Shown here piece after piece: positions 20,660 to 30,696 of a DNA stretch of 33,761 bases; position 1 is the first letter of the stretch, and each line of letters starts with the position of its first letter. A program made the position numbers and the translations under genes. The stretch is from Moniliella sp. 'wahieum' (taxonomy: Eukaryota). The notes under the pieces were generated by a model that made no database searches, was not told where the DNA came from, and was given only the letters and a program-made list of their open reading frames with translations. Location of the stretch: assembly GCA_003971905.1 (NCBI GenBank), contig RSEE01000131.1:124001-157761 (forward strand). The letters are read 5' to 3'.

Positions 20660-23318
20660 ATGGCCGCCCCCAAGCGCATCCAGCCCATCCGCGTCCGCCG
20701 CTCCCTGCCCGCCGCCGCCGGCGACGATGCCGCGGTGCTCAGCGCCTTTGCACCCGACGACCGCCTCGTCGCCCGCGTGCTTCCCGTCGTGCTCACCGAC
20801 GACCCCGTCCTGTCCGCCCACGCCGAGCCCCTCGTGCCCGCCGCGCCGTATGCGCATGCGCACCCGTCCGCGCCTCCCCTGCTCCCTCTGCTCCCTCCGC
20901 TGCGTCGTCGCCCCCCCATCCCTGTCCCCGACTGTGGCGTGTACGACCCGGGGCTTGTGCCGCGCCCGCGCTTCTCGGGCCTGCCCGACCCCGCCGCCAT
21001 CGAGGACACGTCCGACGACGCATTTGAACGCCGCCACTTTAAACTCGAGCGGTCCGAGAAGCGCTTGCGGCGTCTGGAGATTGACCGTGTGCGCGCGGAC
21101 CGTGCGTTGCTCGCGACGCGCATCGACCAGATGCGCGACACAGCTCAGCGCCTCCTCCCCTCCCTCGAAGCACGGTGGGAACACGAAACTCAGACGTTGG
21201 TGATGTTTGGTCTGATTGCGCCTCGGTCCTCGTCTCCGTTGCCGCGCCCGCCGCTCGACCCCTCCGATCTGGCTACGGCTACGGAGCTAACCACCCTCAA
21301 GGCGGACATGTTGCGGCAGGCTGAGCACGCGCTCGAGCGCCACGAGCCCTGCTTGCCGTCCCGCCACCTGTGATGGGCAAGACGGTGGAGGAGGACACTG
21401 TGGCGCGCAAACGCCCGCGCCCGGGGCTGACGCGCCAAGCACGCGCTCAACGGATTCGCGTAGCCCTCTCGGCCCCACGGAAGGGCGCTAGTCGTGCCCC
21501 CTCGCACGTCGCACGCCAACGCGCCGTCGCCTCGGTCCGCTCGGCCGCGCGCGAACGCGAAAGGCAACGCCAGCGTGTGCACATCTCGGGCCGCACACAG
21601 CTCGGGTCCCAACCGACGCTGCAGGCAAAGTCGAAATCATCTACCAAGAACAGGGCGCTCCCAATATCCATGCACGTACCTCCGGAGGCCGCTTTGCTGC
21701 CAAACCTAAATCCGACCCTGACGCCACCAAGGACCCCAAGTCCACTGCTGCTCCTGCCCAAAGACTCCGCCCTAAACCCCCGGACGATATCCACACCGAC
21801 CCAACCGTCTTACCCGCCACCTCTTCCTCCCTCGCCGCCGCTGCTGTGCCGTCGCGTCCGTCGCGCAAGAAACTGACCACGACGCGCAAAACGCTTGTGA
21901 CGGGCAAGCGCGTCGCAAGCGCCACCTTGTCCACCACCACTACCACCACTACGGCGTCACGCGCAAGGGCCAAGGGTAAAGCCAGTCGCGCCGAAGCCCA
22001 GGCACGCCGTGCACGCGCACGCGCCGCAGCTCACGCTGCCGTAGCCGCCGCGCACAACCCCGTGTCAGACGAGATGAAACGCGCAGCCGAAGCAGCGGCC
22101 GCAACGGCAGCACTTAAAGCTGCCGAACTACGTGCGCAGGCTCAAACTCTCGGCCAGAGACGTACAGCCGCAGCTACAGCTGCTGCAGCTGCACGCGCTG
22201 CTCTTCGTCGTGAGTTGGGACTTAAGCCCGGACAGACTATCCCCCCCGACTTGTTGGCTGCTCGGTTGAAGGCTGTACGCGCTTCGGTCTCCGCTGCCTC
22301 GGCTGCTACCCGCCCTGGTCAACCCAGAGTCTCGTTCGATGCCAAGGTCCAGACGTTGGCTAAGAAGCCGTCGGCGTCGGCGTCGGCGTCGGCTGGTGCG
22401 TCGGCAGGCACGCCGGCGTCGGCTTCGGTCTCCCCGGCCCCACGCCGCACAAGCGCCGTCACGCTCCGCCAGCGCAGCCGCGTGCGGTACGCCGAGCAAT
22501 CCGATTCGGACATGGACATGGACATGGACACGGGCTCGGGCTCGGGCGGGCCGTCGGAGGAGGAAGTGGCCGCACCGGCCCGTCGTCCCTTCCTTCCGCT
22601 CGTCGCGGTTCCCACCCTCACGCTTCCGCCAGGCGGAGGCTGACGTGCCGTCACTACACCCTCTGGTCGTCCGGTCCGCGCTGCGGCGCGTAAAAGTCTC
22701 CCTGAAATCAGCTTACGTTCTGCCGGTTCCAGGACACGCGGTGCACCTTCCACTTCCACTTCTGCATCTGCCTCTGCATCTGCATCTACTTCCACCTCTA
22801 CACGCGCGGCTACTCGACGTACGCGTCACTCGGACCCTGCGCCTAGCGCTCCTGCTACCGGGTCGGCATCGGCATCGGCGTCAGCTACGCCGCCCACGCG
22901 CAGAGTCAAGATTACCCTCCGCCGCGGACGGGACGAGGTAGGACGCGACCCCACTCCCTCGACTGCTGGTTTGGCTCAAGGCCCAACCCCGGGCTCTGCC
23001 CCCACCCACGTCAAACTCGATGTCGATGTCGATATCGATTCCCACTCTCACACCGCACCCGTGGGTCACGCGGCGGACTCTGTCGTACCGCCCCCCGCTT
23101 CTGGGTCTGGGTCTGGGCAGGGCCACAGCGCCTCGGACCCAGCGGGCGAACCGGGAGACAAAGGAGACAAGGGGGAGAAGGTGGGATCCGCTTCGGGGTC
23201 GGGGTCGGGGTCGGGCGGGAAACGAGCTGGGCGAACGTCCCACCCTCACCCTGCGTACACCCCTGCGGCCATCAGCGAAGATGAGGCGATGCGCATGTTT
23301 GCAGGCTGCTTTGGCTGA
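20660..23318 (+). CDS. PEHE/Sas4-like domain protein (putative MYST histone acetyltransferase complex subunit) with a long disordered C-terminus; frameshifted
   Basis: IEDTSDDAFERRHFKLERSEKRLRRLEIDRVRADRALL resembles PEHE and Sas4 motifs. Chained plus-strand ORFs end at AISEDEAMRMFAGCFG* (23318). Confidence 0.6.
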
Positions 23319-24229
23319 TGACCCCGATGCGCTTGACTTGCTTGGTGGGCGTGTCTAAGCCGCGGTGTACACTTGGGCTGTGGGGCGCACGAGTTTGGGG
23401 TTTGGGTTGTGGTTGGGGTTCCCTCTTTCCATGGCGCATCGAATCCCGTGGTTTCCCACTGGTATTTGTTCGGTCTTATGTGCTGTGGTTGGTGGCTGGT
23501 TGGGCCGGCCAGGACAGGGGCTGGGAAGTAGGCTAAGACGGGAAGTACTAAGGTCCCCGTAGGTCCGCTGGCATGCACGGCCTGGACAGCACAGCGCAGC
23601 GCAGAACAGGACAGAGCAGATGAGCGATAGCGTGCAGAGCACATCCATTGCATGGAGTAGAACTAACACTCGTACACTCCGGCGTCGTCGGTCTGTCGGT
23701 CTGTCGGTCTCTCTGTGGGTGTTTGGTCGATCATTTGGTCGGTCGGATGGGGTGCATCGCACCCTGAGATGTCAAGCCGTCGGAGCGGCGTGCTAAAGGC
23801 TACTAACCGAGATGTCTGTGGGTACTGAGAGTACCGACAGTCCCGAGTCCCGAGTACCGAGTATACTGACCAGTTCCCATTCGTATCCCGATTCTTATGG
23901 GGCTACTACTCTACTAGCCTTTTGCACACTTTGCCAATCGCATCCCATCGCACACGAGCGCGCTTCGCCCCGGCACCCGCCCGGCACCCCCAAAGCGAGA
24001 GCCGAGCGAGGGAGGCACGCGTGGCCGGCGCGCGTGGGGTTCGGCCATGGACCACTAAACAGTACTGCTACCCACGACTCACAACCGACATGGAAACTAA
24101 ACGTGTCGGTGGCAAGTAGGTAGGTCTCACCACTGCAGTTGTGAGATGTGAGCTGTGAGATGTCAGCTGCGGTGTCAGGGTGTCCGGGCTGCTTAATGGT
24201 CCGAGCGGCCAGCATCGAGAGAACCAAGC

Positions 24230-24261
<32 letters not shown>

Positions 24262-24320
24262 AAGAGAAAGAGAAAGAGAAAGAGAAGAGAGAAAGAGAAA
24301 GAGAGAGAAAAGAGAAAGAG
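24230..24320. repeat. (AGAGAA)n polypurine microsatellite
   Basis: About 90 bp of pure A/G sequence, intergenic between convergent genes. Confidence 0.95.
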
Positions 24321-24625
24321 TTACATTGCACCTCCGCCCCTCACACACACCCCCTTCCCTGTCCCATGTCGACGGCCATATAATCCCGCTTGTTGGGTAC
24401 CTCGTTCCTTCATGAACCCAGAACCCGTACGCATCTGCCCTCGACCATACACGCTACACGCTACACGCTACACAAGCCCTCACTCCGAACCTGCACCTCG
24501 CAACCCCGGCCTTGTACCTTGTGGAAACCAAATCCAATCGCACCGCCCCAAGTACAAAGTACAAAGTACAGGCACAAGCACAGGCACAGGCACTCGCAGT
24601 GCTCAACGACGCACTAGGCCTGCCT

Positions 24626-26683
24626 TCACCGCCGCGGACCCAGCAGGCCCAACAACGCTTCTTGCTGGGTCGTCTCGTGGGAAGCAGCAGACACAGGCCC
24701 AGACACAGGCACAGACACAGGCACAGGCGCAGGCGCAGCAGCAGCAGACCCCGGCGCCGACTGGAGCAGGGTCAACAGAGCCCGACTCTGGTCCACCGAG
24801 GTACCACTGGACCCTACCGTGCCCACTCTGCCTACTCCCTGCCCAGGTAGTTGACCAGGTACCTGTCCAGGCACCTGCGGGAACTGCGGGAACTGCCCAG
24901 GGAACTGCCCAGCGAACTGCGACGGGAACTGCCCAGCGAACTGCGACGCGTACGGCGTAGAGAATTGCCCGGGCACCGAACCCGAACTCGAAGTCGATAC
25001 CGGTACCGGTACCGAAGGCGACGCAGCGTGCGGACCCGTCGTCGGCGGTGACAAGATGCCCAACAAGGCCTGTGCCTGCGTCGGAGCTTGCGTCGCCTGG
25101 GGTGCAACCTGGGGGGCGGTCTGGGGGGCAGCTTGGGGCGGGGCCTGGGGGGCGCAGTAGAGGGCAGAAGCAGGCCTAACAATGCCTGGGTTTGATCTTG
25201 CGGTTGCGCCTGCGGTTGCCCTTGTGGTTGCACCTGCGGTTGCGTGGGCAGTTGTGGAGGCAGCTGCGCTGACGCTGGCTGTTGCACCTGTGGTTGCACT
25301 TGCATTTGCGGGTACGGGTGCGCAGGTGGCTGGGCAGGGGCGGAGGGTAGGCAGCATAAGCAGGGTAAACAGGGGGCGAAGCAGTGGTCGTAGGTGCACC
25401 CAGGTGCGAAGCTGCTAACAGCGAAGGTGCAAGCGGTGGGAAAGGTGTCGCTGACGAGTACGGCGGGGGCGTAGACGTGGATGTGGATGTGGACGTGGGG
25501 AACGGCGGGTGCAGCGAGACAGGAAGCGGATGAGACGCCGTCGTCGATGTCGTCGTCACGGGGATGCCCAGCAGACTGTTCAGGACGTCGTTGTCGGACG
25601 CTGGCGGGGTAGGGTCGGTGGGCGCGGGGCCGATGCGGGCGCGAGCGCGTCGGTGCTAGCAGTCGCGGTTGCGGGTGCAGTCGCGCCGTGTGTGTCGGGC
25701 GGGCGCAAGGGATGCTCGCCACGGTGGGCGGCAATCCACGCGCGCAGCCGGTTGACAACGGGGCGACGTGGTAAAACTTTTGTCCGTTTGTCGTCCGTTC
25801 TTCCCGAGCGGCGTTATTCTTGAACGTCGGCAGCTCGTCGAGCGGCAACCAATCAATCTTGCTAATCTCCTTGCGCGTCAACGTCTTGAACGGGAAACTT
25901 TCTTCCACACCCGGCGCAATGTACAGTCGGATCTTGTGGCCGTCCTTGAGATTGGCGTCTAGGTAGTCGTCGTTGCTGCCGTCGGGACGGGTGGTAAGGT
26001 CCAGGATCGGAGCACAGTCGTACCCCGTCTCCTCGTGCACCTCACGCACCGCACACACAAGCTCCGCCTCGTCTTGGTTGATCTTCCCTTGGGGAAGGTC
26101 CAGGTGGGCGACTTCCACCCCTTGACCAGTAGGACCTGTTCGTCCCCCACGCACCCCACACACACACACACACACAGGTCAGTCGATCGGTCTCGCAGCA
26201 GCACGGCAGCACACCACGCACCTTGTCCCACGTCTCGTTGAGCAGGATGGCACCGCACACGGGCACACGCAGCTTGTACTTCATAAAGCTGTCGAACGCC
26301 GCGTTGAGGTCGCCGTGCTGGGCAGAGAGGTAGTTCTGGATCAGCGGCACGGCCTGGGCGGCAGTGGTGAGCAGGTTGACCGAGAAGGCGCGCAGCTTCT
26401 TCGACGCCAGATGGGGGTTGATGGGCCGCACAAAGTCCTCGTAGAACCAGTGGCTAGGGAAGCACGTCAGCGGCGGGAAACCGGGGTTAAGCTTCAAGGG
26501 GCTAAGGGGCTAAGGGGACGTACGCCTGCTCGCACTGGAAGTAGATGCGCTCGAGGCTGGCGAGCTCGCTGGCGGGGAGGTTGACGACGAAGCGCACGGC
26601 GAGGTCTTCGAGGACGCGCTCGAAGGAGAGCACGGCGAGGGGGCTGCTGGCGGTGGCCGGCGGGGGCACGCGGCGGTGGCCAT
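24626..26683 (-). CDS. DCP2: mRNA decapping enzyme Dcp2 (Box A plus Nudix domain)
   Basis: VLEDLAVRFVVNLPASELASLERIYFQCEQAHWFYEDF, FMKYKLRVPVCGAILLN, Nudix box GKINQDEAELVCAVREVHEETG, and TRKEISKIDW. Introns at 26454-26523 and 26136-26221. The 3' end is approximate. Confidence 0.93.
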
Positions 26684-27018
26684 GGCGGGGGGGTGGTGGT
26701 GGTGGTGGTGGTGGTGGTGGTGGTGGTGGTTGGCCCAAGCAGAAGCAGCCGCCGCCGACAGGAGCAGTGCGAGCAACCCTAGCGCCGCCCCAACCCTACT
26801 GCAGGCAGGGGCGGTGTGATAGCACATCACATGTGACACGTGTGTGACGCATGCTGAGGGGTGCGTTTGAAAGCCACCGGCGCTTGGCGGGGTTAAGCCT
26901 CGGCGATCAAACAGCGTCCCTGCCCGAGGCTTACCCCCAGCAGCCCCAGCCGCCTGCCCGCCATCCCGAAGCTCCTCCCCCCCCCACCACACGCCTCCCC
27001 GCCATCGGCCATCCGCCC
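26684..27018. promoter_or_regulatory. Bidirectional promoter between DCP2 and the orphan ORF
   Basis: (GGT)13 at 26692-26730, CAACCCTAGCGCC (26774-26786), CAACCCTACT (26791-26800) and TCACATGTGACACGTG (26827-26842). Confidence 0.6.
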
Positions 27019-27703
27019 ATGTCTGCCTCGGTGCGTCGCCTCTCTGTCCCCGCGTCGCCGCTGACCCCCTACCCCCCTTACCCCAGACCCCCACCGTCGT
27101 CCGTCCCCCACTCGCGCCAGGTCACCACTGCGCTCCAGGCGCTGGCGCAGTACCATGCGCGCCTCGACGCCCGCCGCGCACCGTGCGCGCCGAGACGGGC
27201 GGCAAGCAGCTGGTCATCGTCTACACCGTCGTCCGCTCGCTTCTGTATGCGCCGCAGGAGGAACGCGTGCTGGTGCCGGCATCTCGCCTGCGCTCGCAGC
27301 CGCCGGCCGCCAGCCGCTTGGACGCTGCCATCGTCGCTGCGGGCGATGCGGTGCGCGCACGCCTCCCGTCCCATGTGCCTGTTATCTACTCGCCCAGTCT
27401 GCCGCTCTTGCTGCCCTCGGCACTGGGCTTCTCTCTCTGGGCCGCCCTGCGCCCCCTCACCCGCGTCACCGCCCGTGCTCCCCCGCTGGCGCCGCATCGA
27501 CCGCGTCATGCTCCCCTCTTCCAGCTGCATGCCGCCGAGCACTCGCCATGTGGATCTACAACATCACTGTTCGCCGCGCATCTGTCCGCATCGCCTCCCT
27601 CTGGGCCCTCAACCAGCTCCTAATCGGCGTCATGTCCTTCCCGGCGTACTGGAAACTCAACCCGCGCTCCTTGGCCCTCCGCCCGACGCGCACCCGCAAC
27701 TAA
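27019..27703 (+). CDS. Hypothetical ~225-aa basic, hydrophobic protein (about 3 frameshifts)
   Basis: CCGCCCATG context and C-ending codon bias. Chained frames read MSASVRRL.. / KQLVIVYTVVRSLLY..LLLPSALGFSLWAALRPL / ..ASLWALNQLLIGVMSFPAYWKLNPR, ending TAATAA. Confidence 0.55.
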
Positions 27704-28071
27704 TAACGAGATCAAGCAACGTCCAACCCCAGCGCAGGCCAGCAGAAGTCTTCCCGTCCACTTCTTTGCCTGTCTGCTTGTGTGTGTGTGTCTGTCTTTC
27801 TGTGTGTCGGGCTGCGTTCTTTGTTTCCCCTTCTCCATCTCCCTCTCCTTCTGAACCCCTATCGCCATCACCGTGACCATCGCCATGGCCTGTGCCTGTC
27901 GCAGCGGTGTAGACAGGGTATACATAGTGGAGGAAGTACCGAGTACAGAATACCGAGTAGTGCGAGCGCTAAGCGCTGAGGTTGGCCCGAGAGTGGATGT
28001 GAGAGTTGAGTTGAAAGTTGAGTGGAGAAGTGAGAAGTGAGAACTGTGTTGCTCAGCTCCATGACCCTTGC

Positions 28072-29810
28072 TTATGGATCCTCGTCCAGCGGCGCAATCT
28101 GGTGAGCCGGAAAGGCACGTGGGTCAGAGAGGCAGACCCAACCACAGAGAGAAGGTAAGGGTGGGAGCGAGCCAAAGCAAAGCAAAGCAACGGGAGGGAG
28201 GGAGGGAGACGTACATTGTACCCAATGCTAGGCAACAACTTATGGCCCGTACCATCTTTCCACACGGCAAACGATACAGGCACCATACACTGCACCGACA
28301 AGTACCCAGCCTCATCCAATACCATGTGGATCTTGGATGTCGCCGTGGCCGTGAGCGCACGCACCAACTGCGCAAACGGCCCAAACGAATACTCGTACGG
28401 CCCAGCCACCTCCTCACACTGGTACAACCGTACATGACTCGCTGTCGAAACCAACTCGGCAACCATGTTGCCCAAGTCCGTCTCGGCTTCCAGGCGAAAC
28501 GTTCCTGCCCCACCAGCAGTACCATTACCCCCCGCCATTCCATCACGCCACCCCCACCACCATCGCGACTGGGACGCGCACGCGAACCAGCGCCGGCACT
28601 GGCGCTCGGCGGGTGGAAGGTAATCCGCACACGGCGGCAGGAAGGATGGATGCTCTGCAGCACGGCAGCGAGCCAATCGGCATCAGTCACCATCTTGGCT
28701 AGCTTGCGTCGGTCCATGTTGAATTGCGCAGGGTACGTCGGGTCGGCAAGCGAAAGCGCAAGTGAACAGTGCGCTACCACACACGTTTTCTTCCAGCCTG
28801 CAACACCCACACGTACACACATACGTCCGCGCGAGTTCCAGTCGACAGTCGAAGTTGGTCGGGTCGCCGTGGGAAGGGAAGGGCAGGGAGAGTAGGGGGC
28901 GAGCTAGGATCAGCATGGCATGCACCACGCCAAGTACAGACGCCAGAGCGCCGGAGAAGCAAAAGGAAGAGAAAGAGGAGGAGAAAGAGGAGGAAGGGAC
29001 GTACATGAGATTAAGGCATTCAGCCTGCTCGTGCTCGAGCACAAGCGTAAAGGCAGTGAGCGAGGTAGACTTGCGGTCACTAAAGTATCGACGGAACGGG
29101 TAGACACAGTCGCCTTGGACGTCGCTGTCTCGCCCACAGCAGTGTCCGACGTCATGACGCCCCATGACGGACCACCAAACACCTCGAGACATTCCAGTAA
29201 CAAGCGAAGGTCGAGCGTTAGACGGTGCCCATCCCAAGTACAGGCCCACGAAGCGCAGCGGGCGCTTGCCCAAACGTATCGTCCGCTTGTGGCCCAGCAC
29301 CGGAGGCGCCACACCAACCCCCGCACACCACCACCTGCGTCCCAGCCCGCATGCACTTGGTACTTGGGGAACCAGCAGCGGTCAATGTACGCAAACACTG
29401 TGTTCCCGCCACACGACACACAACACAACAGACAACACAGGTCAATAGGTCAGCACGAGCACGCCCAGGTCCAACGACACAGCTCCCGCGCGGACGACGC
29501 AGGGGACGACAAAGGCAAATGCAAGGCAAATGCAAAGGCAAATGCAAAGGCAAAGGACAGGGGGAGCAGTAGCAGGAATAGGAGCAGAAGCAGAAGCAGA
29601 GCAGGGGGGGACACGTACCCCAGTAATCTGGCTGCGGCACAACAGAGAAACAGAGGTAGCGCGGATCGACCTGGCATGTGACGGGGGTAGGACCAGTGGC
29701 GCTGGACGACACGGCCGGTTAAACGCACGTAGCGCATTCGCTAGCAGACGCACGTCGCAGCACTCGGCCCGGAACGCCTCGGGCAACGCAGGTGGCGAGC
29801 CTGATGCCAT
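28072..29810 (-). CDS. Rad1/Rec1/Rad17 family 9-1-1 checkpoint clamp subunit; multi-intron
   Basis: Motifs FRAECCDVRLLANALRAF, VFAYIDRCWFPKY, LDLRLLLECLEVFG, KMVTDADWLAAVLQSIHPSCRRVRITF, FRLEAETDLG and YEYSF..SKIHMVLDEAGYLSVQCM. Last exon IAPLDEDP* follows intron 28099-28214. Confidence 0.8.
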
Positions 29811-30696
29811 TCGGAGAGGGGGGGGTAGGAGGTGGGGGTAGGAGGTGGGGGTAGGAGGTGGAGCCAGAGGTCAGAGCAAGGCACGCAGCGCGGGGCGGGG
29901 CAAGTCGTGGCCCAAGGCAGATGGGCGATGGGCGATGGGCGATGGGAGATGGGAGATGGTGGCAGGACGCGACCAAGGCACGCACGCCCAAAAGAGAAAG
30001 AAAAAGAATCGGGTGCCCACCGGACTCGAACCCGCGTGTCATCCCAACCCTAGCCCCGGCTGTGTGGTGATCGATGATCCTGCGGGGCGTGGGGTTACGG
30101 GTAGGTTGGTTCTGCTCCCATCGGGCGGCAGAGGACGAGGGCCGAGGCCGAGGGAGAGAGAGCAGCCCCATTAGGCGCAGAACAGAGTGGAGAGTGGGCG
30201 AGCACAGCGCCAGGCTTCGGGGTGATCGATCAGCTACGCGCTTCATCCATCCATGGCACGGAACCCCCATTACTCGACGCTAACATCCGATGACCTCGTC
30301 CTCTCTTTTCCAGGTTATCGATATCGAGTTGGTACAAAGTACTAACGCGCGAGGTCAACGTTCATTCATCATTCAATCACCTTCCTACACTAGCGCACAA
30401 ACACCGTGACGTGACAGGAAAAACTGAAATGGAGGTAGCATAGGGACCGAGAAAGAAAAAGAGAAAAGACACGGGAACAAGAGATAGGCACAAGAAACAA
30501 GAGAAGGAGAGAAACTGACAGAAACCCCGGCGAAAAACATCGAGATACAGCAAGAGACAGAAAGAGAAAGAAAGAGACAAACTGGGCAAAGAAAGAACAA
30601 AGGGGCTTGAAGATGGGAATGGGACGAACGGGAAAAAAAGCACAGGAAAGAGAGGAATCACCCACGAGTACCCTGGGTCCTGGTACCCGTAGGCTC

